Below, in pieces: positions 32,249 through 47,637 of a DNA stretch of 64,000 nt. Below the pieces are notes generated by a model. It worked only from the letters and a program-made list of their open reading frames with translations, made no database searches and was not told where the DNA came from. Positions within the stretch are counted from its first letter, which is position 1; every line of letters starts with the position of its first letter. Origin of the DNA: the human T2T-CHM13v2.0 reference genome, Homo sapiens; assembly GCF_009914755.1 (NCBI RefSeq), contig NC_060926.1; one strand, given 5' to 3'. The position numbers were made by a program, and so were the translations under genes.

Positions 32249-33082
32249 TAAACCTAAACTGGAATTTGCAATAATTTAAAATTCCTCCTTTAATCCCATT
32301 GAAACAAATTGTCTTATTTAAGTAGAAATCTGTCGTAGATCTACTTGTTATTTGTGACAGATTTTTTGTGTTCAGGCACATAAAATTAAAACTTAATACC
32401 TTTTTGTATAAAAGATAATTTTGGATTCATGATGTGTTTAGATTTTGTGGGTTGTGGTTTTGTGTGTGTGCATGTACTCACGTAAGTTAGTGATAGGCAG
32501 GAACATTCAGTAGTTACAAATACAATATGCACATGCCAATATTGACCTATAGACTTATAAATGAGATTTTCAGCTGTTTCCCCTTTTGATTTATTTGGAC
32601 TTTAAGCATTAGTTCATTCTCCTGATAATTGTACAGTAATGTCACATACATATTTTAAACTGAGTAATATTTCTCCTTCCGTTCTGTCTGTTTTGAAATT
32701 GTCTAGCTGTACCTTATTGCTTCCTTAAAAAAAAATTGAGTGTCCAGATTTCATCTCAAATATAGATCACCTTCACTTCAAAGCTTTTGTTTTAAAAGTA
32801 GCCCAGATTGTCTCTCTTAAATGTAGGGTATCTTTGTTTCTATTACACCACTTCAGATATTGGACTTTTGAGGTCTGTTGTCAACAGCATGATGTTTACA
32901 GTTCCAAAGGTACTTATTGCTTTAGTAGAGTTACCAAATGTGGATGGAATAACACTCAACAAAGTTAATTCTGATAAGTTATGAGCACAGAGTTAAGTCT
33001 GTCAAAATGAAGTCAAGGCCTGATATATAAACCTATAATAAAATGTGTATGTAATTGGTCTACTTATAGGAGACTTCTCTAA

Positions 33083-33262
<180 letters not shown>

Positions 33263-34867
33263 TAGATGTCTGCTATTTGCTCAGGTTTCTGACACAAGGT
33301 GGTGATCTAATACTACATAGGAATGATGAAAACCTTTTAAATCATAATTGTTTGCTAATAGATGAAGCCTGCTAGGAAGTTACACAGAGCATGAGTGAAC
33401 TACTAGATGTTGTAATTTTTATAAAAATATGCTAACAAGTATGGTAACCCTACACAGAATCAAGGACCAGTCTTCCCACCACTTCAGTCTTTTCGAGCAT
33501 GTAACTGTTTACCCTGAACTGCACTGGGAAAAAAGCCCTGAGTATCTCGCATAGCACCTCATACAGTTGTCATTCAGCTCAGCACAAAAGCTATGCATTT
33601 CCTCTTTGGAGAGTTTTTAACAGGTTATTCATAACTACAGTGGCTCACAGAGTTGATGGGAAATAGGGAAAAGAGAGAGAGAAACTGATTTACAATAAGT
33701 CCTGTATAATATGGCTATATGTAGTAAACTGGAATCCTTAGGAAAGCATTGTGTAAAAGCATGGATGCATATATTTTTTGTTATTCTATGATAAGCAGTT
33801 TAAATCATTTATTTTGGTTTTAATAAACTTCAGTATTTTAAAAACCCATTCATGTGATAAAATGATTCTTGATCCTCCAGCAATTCCAGATAAATGTGAC
33901 ATTGTCTTGACCTGTTGAAAGTCTCAAGACAAATCCAAGTAGGCAACATTACCTCCTGTGATAGACTTGTAATTTCATTTAATCTCATTTTATAATTAAA
34001 GTGCCTTAACTTTGCTGTCTAGTTTTTCTGCGGTATTAACATTATTGCTGAGAAAATGCATACCCAGCATCTGATTCTATTTAAATTAAATTCTAAGGTG
34101 TTTTTTTTTCTGTTTCTATCTGCCTTATCCTAAATATTGACTTTTTAAATAATTCATCATGAGACAAAGTTTAGAGATCTTTGGTTCTTCAGTTTCTGTA
34201 AGAAAACCTAATGTAAGAGATGTTCTTCACTATTTTAGTGAACTCCTAGTTATTTATCAAGTGTTGGCCTTAGAAGTCTGGGATGAACTCATTATTCATT
34301 CTTGTCCTTTCTTGATGCCTCCTTTCTGTCTGATAATGAAACAGGTTAGAAAACTTTGCCTCTAAAAGCTTGCCTTTTAAAATTGAGCATTTTCAGGTTT
34401 GTCATTAGCAGATATAAAAATAGTGTTTACCTGAACTCTAATAAAGGAAACAGATGCTTAACACAGTGTCCAGCAAATAATAGGCACTTACCAATGTTTA
34501 GTTTCTCTTTTACCTCTTAATGGGGATCGGACAGAGCCTGAATACATTTAATAAGTCATCTCTTTCCTTTCTTGGATTGTTCTTGAATTTTTATTCTTCT
34601 AGTGAAATTTATACAGTGGGAAAAGGTAGAAGAAGATTCTCAAAGCTCACAAGCAAAGAAATGCGTAATCTAGCTAGCACAGGCTGAGCATCCCTAATCT
34701 GTAATGCTCCAGAATTCAAAACTCTTTGAGCGCAGGCATGACACTCAAAGGAAACATTCATTGGAGCATGGATTTTTGGATTAGAGATGTATAACCATAA
34801 GTATAACACAAATACAGCAGGTCATCAAATAGTGTGTTTTGTTATAAAATTGACAAGAAAAAACATT

Positions 34868-35067
34868 GGCCGGGCTCAGTGGCTCACTCCTGTAATCCCA
34901 GTGCTTTAGGAGGCCGAGGCAGAAGGATTACTTGAGCCCAGGAGTTCAAGACCAGTTTGGGTAACACAAGGAGACCCCATGTTTACAAAAAATTTAAAAA
35001 TTAGCCATGCATGGTGGTGCGCACCTGTGGTCCTAGCTACTTGGGAGGCTGAGGTGGGAGGATTGCT
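34868..35067 (+). mobile_element. 3'-deleted AluJ-like element in MER6
   Basis: Alu stops at ggaggattgct with no tail. Confidence 0.85.
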
Positions 35068-35477
35068 CAACTGGCATGTCTAAATTGTCCCAGTCTGAAT
35101 GAGTGTGGGTGTGTCTGAGTGTGCCCTGCGATAGAATAGCATCCTGTCCATGGTGGGTTCTTGTCTTGTGCTCTGACCAGCTGTGACCTTGAACTGGAAA
35201 AGCAAGTTGGAAAATGAATGAATGAATACAAATTGTCGTAAAATAAAAATTTGTAAGATACATAGTAATCATACAAAGGCAAGACAGTTAAAGGATGCAG
35301 TATGAAACCGCTCAGTGAGCCTTCCGTCTTTGTCATTGTTTTAGAACTGCCTGGTGATAGGGTGTGCTCCTTACAATTTTCACTTTGCAAAACATTTATT
35401 CCTTGATTTAACCCACCACCTCTTCACCAAAAATTGGGTTAATAATTATCTTGTTTTTATGATTCTTTCTCAAATGT

Positions 35478-35759
35478 GACCGGGCAGGGTGGCTTACGCC
35501 TGTAATCTCAGCGCTTTGGGAGTCCAAGGCGGGTGGATCACCTGAGGTCAGGAGTTTGAGACCAGCCCAGCCAACATGGTGAAACCCCGTCTCACTGAAA
35601 ATACAAAAATGAGCTGGGCATGGTAGCGGGCACCTGTATTCCTAGCTACTCGGGAGGCTGAGGCAGGAGAATCACTTGAACCCAGCAGGAGGTTGCAGCA
35701 AGCCGAGATTGTGCCATTGCACTACAGCCTGGGTGACGAGCAAAACTCCACCTGAAAAA
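35478..35759 (+). mobile_element. AluS in MER6
   Basis: TSD tctttct(c)aaa..tgt. Confidence 0.9.
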
Positions 35760-36252
35760 GTAATGATAATCTTTCTAAATTGTATGTATAGCTCACATTT
35801 TATTTCAGTGCTTAATATTTGAAGTGTTTAGGGTCATTATTTAGAAATTTGATGATGTTTTTATCACCAGATAAATGCCACAGGGATTTAACTCTTGTTT
35901 GTATCAATTAGCCTGTGGTAAAACTGGTTTTGTTTTATGTTGTTTTGCTTAACGTCACAGTTTCCAAGAACCTATAAATGATGTTAAGTGAGGACTTACT
36001 GTATTCTAAAATCTGAAAAAGTCCAAAATCTCAAATGCTTCTGGTTCCAAGTATTTCAGATAAACCTATAAAACCAAAGCAAGATGCAGAATTGGTGAGA
36101 TGAAGCCAACTATTTCTCCAAAGGCTTCATACAGCCATGTAAGTTGCTAGATTTTTAGATGTGCTTTCATCTTAGTAATCCCATGTATAGTCACAGGAGA
36201 CACATTTTTGTTAGATTGTTGGCCAACTTCCTTTTCGGTAATTGAAAGTAAT

Positions 36253-36853
36253 CTTTTTTTTAAAACTTTTATTTTACATTCGAAGGTACAGGTAAAGGAT
36301 GTGTGGGTTTGTTATGCAGATTATTGTATCACCCAGGTATTAAGCCTACTATCCATTAGTTATTTTTCCTGAGCCTCTCCCTCCTCCCACGCTCACCCTT
36401 CGATAGGCCCCAGTATGAGTTGTTCTCCTCTATGTGTCTACATGTATGTTCATTGTTTAGCTCCCATTTATAAGTGAGAACATGTGGTATTTGGTTTTCT
36501 GTTCCTGCATTGGTTTGCTAAGGATAATGGCCTCCAGCTTCATCAGTGTCCCCACATAGGACATGATCTCATTCCTTCTTATGGCTTCGTAGTATTCTGT
36601 GGTGTATATGTACCACATTTTCTTTATCCCATCTACCATTAATTGGCATTTAGGCTGATTCCATGTCTTTGCTAGTGTCTTTATAATAGAGTGATTGATA
36701 CTCCTTTGGGTATATACCCAGTAATGGGATTGCCTGGTCAAAAGGTATGTCTGTCTCTGGGTCTTTGAGGAATCACCACACTGTCTTCCATAATGGTTGA
36801 TACTCCCACCAACAGTGTAAAAACGTTCCTTTTTCTCCACAACCTTGCCAGCA

Positions 36854-36888
<35 letters not shown>

Positions 36889-37550
36889 TTTTAATAATAG
36901 TCATTCTGACTGGTGTGAGATGGTATCTCATTGTGGTTTTGATTTGCATTTCTCTAATGATCAGTGATATATGTCTTCTTTTGAGAAATGTTTGTTCATG
37001 TCCTTTGCCCTCTTTCTAATGGGGTTGTTTTCTTGTAAATTTAAGTTCCTTATAGATGCCGGATATTAGATCTTCGTCAGATTCATAGATTGTAGAATTT
37101 TTCTCCCTTTCTGTAAGTTGTCTGTTTACTCAATAGTTTTTTTTGTTTTTTAGGGGTTTTTTTGTTTTTGTTTTTTGCTGTGTAGAAGCTCTTTAATTGG
37201 ATCCCATTCGTCAAATTTTGCTTTGTTGCAATTGCTTTGGGCCTCTTCATCATGAAATTTTTGCCCATGGCTATGTACTGAATGGTATTGTCTAGGTTTT
37301 CTTCTAGGTTTTTTGTAGTTTGGGGTTTTACATTTAAGTCTTTAATCCATCTTGAGTTAATTTTTGTATAAGATGTAAGGAAGGGGTCTAGTTTCAGTTT
37401 TCTACATATGGCTAGCCAGTTCTCCCAGCACCATTGTTAAACAGGGAATCTATTCCCCATTGCTTGTTTTTTTGTCAGGTTTGTCAAAGATGATGATTGT
37501 AGGTGTGCGGTCTTATTTCTGGGTTCCCTATTCTGTTCCCAGTCTGTGTG
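36253..37550 (-). mobile_element. 5'-truncated older L1PA (L1PA13-16-like), ORF2 3' end plus 3'UTR
   Basis: Degenerate ORF2 C-terminal ORFs 36457..36840 and 37083..37268; TSD tgaaag(t)aatctttt. Confidence 0.88.
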
Positions 37551-38733
37551 TGAAAGAATCTTTTATCTATTTCTAGTTTGTTTTTTACTCTCTCAGGGTG
37601 TCAGTTTGCCAGCATCCTTTGGCTTTAAATTTGAGGCTTCCATCCTTATATACGTTAATAATAGGATTTGAAAATAAAGAGTTCATCTTGACTAATCAAG
37701 GACAGAACTTATCTTGTGATAGCAGACTGATTGATACTTGCTTTTGTGGTACTACACAGCTAGTTGAGGGGCGGTTGATATTTTTATTCTTGTATTTTAA
37801 TGTGTTTCAACATAGAAGTGCCTTCTGAATAAGAATGACAAGTGGGCATATCTCTTTCTTTGCCAATTAGGCTAGGCATTGCTTCCTTCCTTGGGCCTTA
37901 TATAGAAGACTCATTTATTCATTCAATTGGGATACATGCCTCTCACCCTGCCCCCAACATCCCTCCAGTGTTACTGTACAAAGGATGGGCCACCATAGAA
38001 CATGGTGTTTTTATAAATGCCTAAGGACCCTCTGAAACTTTATCAGAAGAATTACCCTTCATTCTAACTTTTCTGCACACAAGTAGTTCTACTCTGTGAA
38101 GGGTAGAGAAGAAACAGTCTGTTAAGTGAATACTTTTATATTTGGCCATACTGTGGCTCCAGTGTCAATTTACACTTCCTGGTTAATTGTGTTGCTGGTA
38201 TTTATTTCTGCCCTGCTGAAAAACTGATAGAGCCTCTATGCTGTAATAATGACTGATGGGCAATGTTAATTAATAATGAATGGTAAAGAATAATAGGCAG
38301 TGTTTTTAAATAATCTCTCTTTAAACACCTTGTTCCAATTTCATTTTAAACTTTTAAACCAGAGTCTTCACACTCATGAATTTAACAGACTTTAAATGTT
38401 TTGCTTCTCTTCCTCTACTTTTTAAGTGCTCTTTGACTCCAGGAATTGAGTCCTCATAAATTGGAAGACTGAATCGTGAGATATTGCTGTACTTTTGTGT
38501 CCTTAAGATCTGGCTCTGCCCTGATAGCAAAACAAGATTTCTTCCTTTTCTCTCTTTCTATGATAAAAATCCCTGGGAATCTCAATTTGGCACAGCCTCA
38601 AATTTAGTTTAAAGCAATCTACTTCTACAGCTAGCCACTAATCTTCGCCTAGCCAGAGATTTATAATTCAGTCACATAGTTCTGGTTCATTGACTTGTTT
38701 TCATTACTTTATTGAACTCAACTATTTTTAAGA

Positions 38734-38959
38734 CAGGCTGAGCACCCTAATCTGAAAATTCAAAGTCTGAAATGCTCCAGAATTCAAAACTTTTTGACCA
38801 CTAATGTGACACTCAAAGGAAATGTTCATTGAAGCATTTCACATTTCATATTAGGAACGCTCAACCATAAGTATAATGCAGGTATTCAAAAATCCAAAAA
38901 TATTTGAAATCTGAAACACTTCTGGTTCCAAGCATTTCTGATAAGGGATATTCAACCTG
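38734..38959 (+). mobile_element. Tigger4a/MER46A-like
   Basis: TIRs caggctgagcaccct / agggatattcaacctg. Confidence 0.85.
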
Positions 38960-40347
38960 TATAGAAGACAAACAGATTATTTTCCGTGTATGGAAGTTTA
39001 AACCAGTAAAGACAGGGCTTCTAATATATTTAAAAGACTCTGTTGCCATCTCAAAATACCAAATTTTAAATTCACAACCGAAGCACTTTGGCAGGTCTGA
39101 AAAATGGCTGGGAGAATAAGGAGTGAAAGCTTCTGCAGGGTAACAAGGATTCTAGAAGAGTTTGATTATGGGTAGACCTGGTAGATTCACTAAATGTTCT
39201 ACCACATTTAACCATACTTGTTACAGATTACTGTTAAAACATAAGAATTATTTACTTGGGACAAGATGGATTTTGAGATGTGTGCACAAATTCTTATCAG
39301 AACCATATTTACCATAAAATGACGAAGTTAAGATTGTTAATGTGGTAATTTCTTGGAAGGGGGAGTTTTCACACTTTTGTAGTCCATACACATCTTGAAA
39401 TTATTCACACTTTCTGATAAGTCTTAGAACCCCTCCTTATATTAATAGCTTACTTAGTTAACTCTCAGAGGGCACCAGCATTAAAACAGGGTTAAAAGTT
39501 CATACTAGTCCTTAGAATAACAACTATGCATATTTAGACAAGTTAAGATGAAAAAATGCTTTGAAGTTGGGTGTTCTTAGGGAAGGCTGCCTATTCATCT
39601 GGACCGAGGCCTGCGCAGCAGCATTTGCCTCAGTAACTTGCTACTGGCCAATGTCCAGCCTCTCCTTTGCATATTCAGAAACTCAGTTTAATCAGTATAC
39701 TAGAGTTGATTAGACAGGGAGTGCTAACCGGAACTAACAGGCTCCTAAGACACTGGTACATTGGAGAATGTCAATTTATTAATTTACAATGAAAAACATA
39801 ACTGCCAGAAGGCCCAGATACTCCTGTGAGCCTGACCAGCTCATTGTTTCCCTGTAGACAATCCACATGGGAAGCCAAATTATAATCAGAAGATTGCTTG
39901 GTGAGTAAGGAGTTGGAACAAAAGAAGTTTTATAATTTGAATGTTTAATGGCACCAAGCTAAGATAGCCTGATTCATTCTAGCCTTGCCATGGGGTAGTA
40001 ATTCTCAAAATCCATTGGTTGAGACTCCCTTTCTCCTGGACGATGCTTGAATGGGTACTGTCTTCATTTTCCTTGTAAGACTGTTTCTTTGTATTTCTAT
40101 TTTAATAGACACATTTGGTCTCAAAAAGTTAATATATTCAGTCAAGTTATATAGAAAGATATTTCTGACCTTGGAATCCATTTCTTTGGAAGAGAATTCA
40201 TTTATTTCTCTTCTGATCCAAATTGATGACATATTTATTTCCCAGTTCTCTAGGAAGCATCTCACTATTATCTTCACGTGTTTAATGTAGGGACTATCTT
40301 TGTTATTAATCTAGAACTCCCCGCTTACCCCAGCTTTGAAAAATAAT

Positions 40348-40799
40348 CTATATTCTTTTCCCAAAGCTGCCATAACAAATTACCACAAACTGGGTGGCTT
40401 AAAATGACAGAAATTTATTCTTTCACATTTCTGGAGGCCAGAAGTCCAAAATCAAGGTGTTGACAGGCTAGTTACTTTTGGAGGTTCTGAAGGAGAATCT
40501 GTTTCTTGTCTCTCTCCCGGCTTCTGATGGTTGCCAGCAATCCTTGCTGTTTCATTGACTTGCAGCTACCATCATTCCAGCCTCTGCCTCTGTCATCAGA
40601 TGGCATTCTACCTGTTTGTGTCCGAATTTTTCTCTTTTTTTAAGGATACCAATCATGCTAGATTTAGGACCTACCCTAATTCAATATGACCTCATCTTAA
40701 CTTGATTACATCTGCAAAGGCCCTGTTTCCAAATAAGGTCACATTTACAGATACCAGGTAGACACGAATTTTGGGAAGACACTATTCAACTCAGCGTAC
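40348..40799 (-). mobile_element. MLT1B/C MaLR solo LTR
   Basis: gctgccataacaaattaccacaaactgggtggcttaa...tttccaaataaggtcacatt. Confidence 0.85.
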
Positions 40800-40816
40800 A
40801 ACCTTAAAGAGCTTAG

Positions 40817-41112
<296 letters not shown>

Positions 41113-41199
41113 TTGTTTTTCTTTTTATTGTAATCTTTTACCCAGTTACAGTGCATCCTGTTTTTGTCTCTGGCTGCATATTCGTCCACTGAGTAGATG

Positions 41200-41330
41200 A
41201 TTTTTTTTTTTTAACTTTTAGGTTCAGGGGTACGTTTGCAGGTTTGTTATATAGGTAAAATCATGTCACGGGGGTTTGTTGTACAGATTATTCCATCACC
41301 CAGGTGCTCAGCCTAGTAACCATTTCCTGA
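41200..41330 (-). mobile_element. Short L1PA/L1PB 3'-end fragment
   Basis: ttttaggttcaggggtac...tacagattattccatcacccagg. Confidence 0.8.
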
Positions 41331-41338
41331 TACATTTA

Positions 41339-42030
<692 letters not shown>

Positions 42031-42109
42031 ATGGAAGACATAACATTGCCTAAAAATAAGCTGTTTTTGAAGAAGTACACTATCACCTCAGGAGTCAGAG
42101 GCCTTAGCA

Positions 42110-42542
<433 letters not shown>

Positions 42543-43092
42543 TCATTTGGTGGTGTTATCAGGGAGAGTGACAGATAGTGATTGTAAAAGAAAAAGGCTT
42601 TTAATTTTTGTGTTTACCTTAGTTTTAAGTTTTATTAAAATTTTGGTTTTTAAATTAAAAACAAACATTTTGGCTATTAAAATGATCATGCTGTTGACAT
42701 TTACTATCATATCTGAAAATTTTTAATTCACAATTTTAAAACATTTTATTATGGAAAATCTCAGATACAAAAGCAGAGGGAATAATATAATGAAGCCATT
42801 ATTGTTCCCAGCTTCCATAGTTAACACATGACCAATCTTGTCTATACATAACCTCTGCAATATTAAAATCAAGCCTATACATACCATTTCAACTATAAAT
42901 ATTCATTATGTATTTCTAAAAAATAAAACCTCTTTAAAAAATACTACCATATCATTATTAAATGCCCCAAAATGAACATTGGCTCCTTATTTTCGTCAAA
43001 TGGCCTATCAGTGTTCAATTTTTTTTTTCTTTTTACTATTTATTTGAAGCAGGATCCAAAGGAGGGCCATCCATTTGCGATTGACATATCTC

Positions 43093-43404
<312 letters not shown>

Positions 43405-45194
43405 ACAATTGACATACCTTTTAAGTTCCTCTTTAAAGTAGGGCTTGCATCCCTCTTTTTTTTCTTGCTGTTTTATTCTTGAGGAAGAAACCAGGTTGGT
43501 GTCTGTCAAGTTGGTCCTGTAGGGTTTCTCAGTCTCGATTTTGCATTCCTGTGGTGTCATTCATATTAATGTGTGTGGTTGCAGATAGTTTATGTTTCTG
43601 TAATGAGACGTTTACCCTCATAAATGATTTGGTTATCCACCAGACCTTACGTTAACGTCTCTTCAGTCTTTTTGGTCATCTGAAGCTCATTCTATAGTAC
43701 GTGATGCAGAAGGTGCCCACAGGTGCATTATTCCCATATTCCACAAAAGTACATGATTATGAAGATTAGTTTGATTGTTTATAAAATCCATGACTTACAT
43801 TTTCTTTCTTTGCATACCTTAGTTACTCTGTGGACTTCTGGAAAAAAGCATTGCTGTCACAAAATCTGATCACAATCTGATTTTCTTTTTCCTACTTGCG
43901 ATTTGGTCTTTTTAAAAAATGTGGGTGATCAAATGATTTTTTCCCTTTTCTTTAGAGGGTCAGTGTTCCTAGATACACAGGATATCCTTTCAATATGTAG
44001 TTTCAAGCTGTCTTTCATTTTAGGAGAGTTCTTTTGAGTTGTTTTTGGTATTTGTTCTGTATTACTGCTTTGGTTTTCTTCTTCAGGACCTGCCATTGTA
44101 GATGTACTTTTGCTGATCTTCTTTATCACTTTTTTTTTTAGATCACCTTATCTCTTCTTTTAAAATAAGTTTCTTTTTAAGTAACAGTTTTATTGAGCAA
44201 AACCCTTATACCATGAAATTCACCCTTTTAAAGTATACAATTCAGTGGTTCTTAGTATATTCACAGAGGCACGCCTAATTGCCAGTATCTAATTTTAGAA
44301 CATTTTCAAATTTTAGAAAGAAAAATTATGCCCATTAGCAGTCACTCCACATTCTCCCCTACCCCCACAGCTCCTGGAAACCACTAATCAATCTACTTTC
44401 TATCTCTTTGGGTCTGCCTGTTATGGACAGTTCATGGACATTTCATGGAATCTTGCAATTGTGTACTGGCTTCTCTCACTTTGCATAATGTTTTCAAGGG
44501 TCATCCTTCATATTGATACTTCTTGTATCAATGTATTGTTCCTTTTATAGCTGAATGATACCCCATTGTATAGATATACCACTTTTTGTTTATACATTCA
44601 TCAGATGAACACTTCAGTTGCTTCTGCTTTTTGGCTATTATGAATCATGCTGCTGTGAATGTGCAAGTTTTTATTTCTCTCGGGTATATACCTAGGAGTG
44701 GGATTGTTGGGTCACATGGTAACTAATTAGCATTTTGAGGAGCTGCCAAACTGTTTTTCAAGTGGCAGCACCATTTTACATTCCCCAGCAAGGTATGAAG
44801 GTTCTGATTTCCTGTATCTTCACCAACATTTGTTACTTTTTTATACTAGCTATCCTAGTGGTATGAAGTGATACCTCATTGTGGTTTTGATTTGCATTCC
44901 TCTCACGACTAATGATGTTGAACATCTTTTCATGTACTTATAGGCTATTGTAAGCACTGTGGACACAGTGATGTATCAGATACATGGTTTGCAAATATTT
45001 TCTCCCATTGTGTAGGTTCTCTTTTCACTTTCTTGATATCATTTGAAGCCCAAAAGTATTTAATTTTGATGTAGCTCAGTTTACCTACTTTTTCTTTTAT
45101 CATTGTGCTTTTGGCTTCTCAACTGAGAAATCATTGCTGAGTTCAAGGTCACAAAGATTTACTTGTATGCTTCCTTTAAGAGTTTCATAGTTTT

Positions 45195-45478
45195 GGCCAG
45201 GCACGGTGGCTCACGCTTGTAATCCTAGCACTTTGGGAGGCCGAGGTGGGTGGATCACCTGAGGTCAGGAGTTCAAGATCAGCCTGGCCAACATGGTGAA
45301 ACCCCTTCTCTACTAAAAATACAAAAATTAGCTGAGCATGGTGGTGCACGCCTGTAATCCCAGCTACTTGGGAGGCTGAGGCAGGAGAATCGCATGAACC
45401 CAGTGAGCTGAGATCATGCCACTGCACTCCAACCTGGGCGACAGAGCGAGACGCGGTCTCAGAAAAAAAAAAAAAAAA
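45195..45478 (+). mobile_element. AluS
   Basis: TSD aagtttcatagtttt. Confidence 0.92.
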
Positions 45479-45556
45479 GTTTCATAGTTTTACTTTCCAT
45501 TTAGATCTGTGATACATTTAATTTTTCTATATGATGTAAGGAAGGAGGGATCCAAC

Positions 45557-45866
45557 TTTATTTTTTTTATTTTTTTATTTTTTGAGACAAGGTCTCACTC
45601 CCATCGCCTAGGCTGGAGTGCAGTGGTGTGATTTCAGCTCACTGCAGCCTCGACATCCTGGGCTCAAACCATCCACCCATCTCAGCCCCCAGGGTGGCTG
45701 AGACTATAGGTGCATGCCACCATGCTCAGCTAATTTTTGTATTTTTTGTGGAGATGGGGTTTTGCCATGTTGCCAAGCTGGTCTCAAACTCCTGAGCTCA
45801 TGTGATCCACCCACCTTGGCTTCTCAAAGTGCTGGGATTACAGGCATGAGCCATGGCACCTGGGCC
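45557..45866 (-). mobile_element. AluJ-like
   Basis: TSD cca(a/g)ctttatt. Confidence 0.9.
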
Positions 45867-46361
45867 AGCTTTATTCTTTTGCATATGTATATCTAGTTTT
45901 CCCAGCACCATTTCTTGAAAAGACTATTCCTTTCCTATCTAATTTTCTTGACACCACAATAACTTTTATGGAATCTGACTGAGATCCTTTTCTTTGCTAT
46001 TGTCTACTAGTGAAATGAATTTTTGTGTATTTTTAGGAGGGAGGGAATGGGCAAGGATAACTTTCCTAGTTCATTTTCTAGGTTAAAGCTGTCTCTTCTC
46101 TGGCTTTTGCAAAGTGAGAATACATGTACCTTGTGCTTTCTGAGATGTGCCTTTTCTGCTTCTCTCCACCACTTCTGTCTGAACTTACTGCTTTGTCTCT
46201 TTTGTCTGGCATTCTACAACTTGGATTCTACTCCCAGCAGTTTCTCTTCTGTGAGACTTTGTCTTGGAAAGGAACTTTGATTTGTTAATTTTGAGAGTTT
46301 ATAGCACCCAGACTGTACCATGAGAACTTACTTATACTGCACTGTAGTCTGCTTGCATTTA

Positions 46362-46802
46362 CAGTTGACCCTTGAATAATGCAGGGCTTAGGGGTGCCAA
46401 CGCCTATCCCAGCAGTTCAAAATCCACATATAACTTCTGACTTCCAAAAAACTTAACTACTAATAGCCTACTACTGACCAGAAACCTTTCTGACAACACA
46501 AATTGTTGATTAACACATATTTTTTATGTTATATGTATTATATACTGTCATCTTAAGGGCAAGCTAAAGAAATGAAGATGTTAAGAAAATCATAAAGAAG
46601 AGAAAATATATTTACTATGCATTAAGTGGATGTGGATCATCATAAAGGTCTTCATCCTTATCATCTTCACAGTTGAGTAGGCTGAGGAGGAAAAGAAAGA
46701 GGAAGGGTTGGTTGTGCTGTCCCAGGGGTGGCAGAGGCAGAAGAAAATATGAGTATAAGTGGATCTCTGCAGTTCAAACCTATATGGTTCAAGGGTCAAA
46801 TG
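46362..46802 (+). mobile_element. Tigger2a/MER28-like DNA transposon
   Basis: TIRs cagttgacccttgaa / ttcaagggtcaaatg with TA TSD. Confidence 0.85.
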
Positions 46803-47421
46803 TATTTATAAATGGAATTGTGCCAAACTGCCCCCTAGTTTTTGCTGCTGTTCTCAGATTAGCCCACCACACTGTCCAGTGAGCATCTGCTATGACTGTG
46901 AGGTTCTGTTCTCCACCTGTCAGAAGTTCTCGTGCCTTCCTTCATCTTCTTCCCACACAGATACTGATACCATGCAAGTCTTGTAGTTGTGAGAGGTTTG
47001 TTTCCACCTGATTTTATTTGGAAGTTTGTCTCCTGATTCTGCTGTAGATGCTGTCTGTGAATCTTTGCTCTTCCTGCCCTCATTGCTTTATCTGAGTTTA
47101 TGGGGAGAACTAGAGGAGATTTAAAAAGTACACTGCTATTGCTGTTATCTTCCCAGAATCTTCTCATTGACAGATGTTCTTGAAGCATGTTCTATTTCTT
47201 TTTTTAAACAGTATGGCATCTACAAGTTAAAAAGAAAATGCAATCAATAGTTGATTCTTAGTTTACAATACCAGGTAATTCTGTAGTGAAACAAATTGTA
47301 GGAACTTTTTCTAGGCTGAGTTAAATATCATAAAATGTTATCATACCTGTTGAATGTATGTCATTTTTTTCCCAGTGATAAGTAGTTTAATGATTTGTAT
47401 GTCATATATGGACTGTGCTAA

Positions 47422-47637
<216 letters not shown>

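Larger units (their letters stand above)
34815..36001 (+). mobile_element. MER6 (TcMar-Tigger non-autonomous element) carrying two Alu insertions
   Basis: Ends cagcaggtcatc / gaggacttactg, TA TSD at 34813 and 36002; internal gagtgtgccctgcgat...tgaactggaaaagcaagttggaaaatgaatgaatgaa. Confidence 0.82.
34680..36068 (+). mobile_element. Tigger4a/MER46A-like element split by MER6
   Basis: caggctgagcatccctaatc... 34680-34814 resumes at 36002 with ttctaaaatctgaaaaagtccaaaatc. Confidence 0.8.
44170..45960 (-). mobile_element. L1MB-like element interrupted by two Alus
   Basis: aacagttttattgag...ataccatgaaattcacccttttaaagtatacaattcagtgg...cccagcaccatttcttgaaaagacta. Confidence 0.82.

Noticed and set aside
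39600-39700. CCAAT box and octamer-like TTTGCAT in an intron
   Set aside because: Isolated short motifs without a CpG island or clustering; expected by chance
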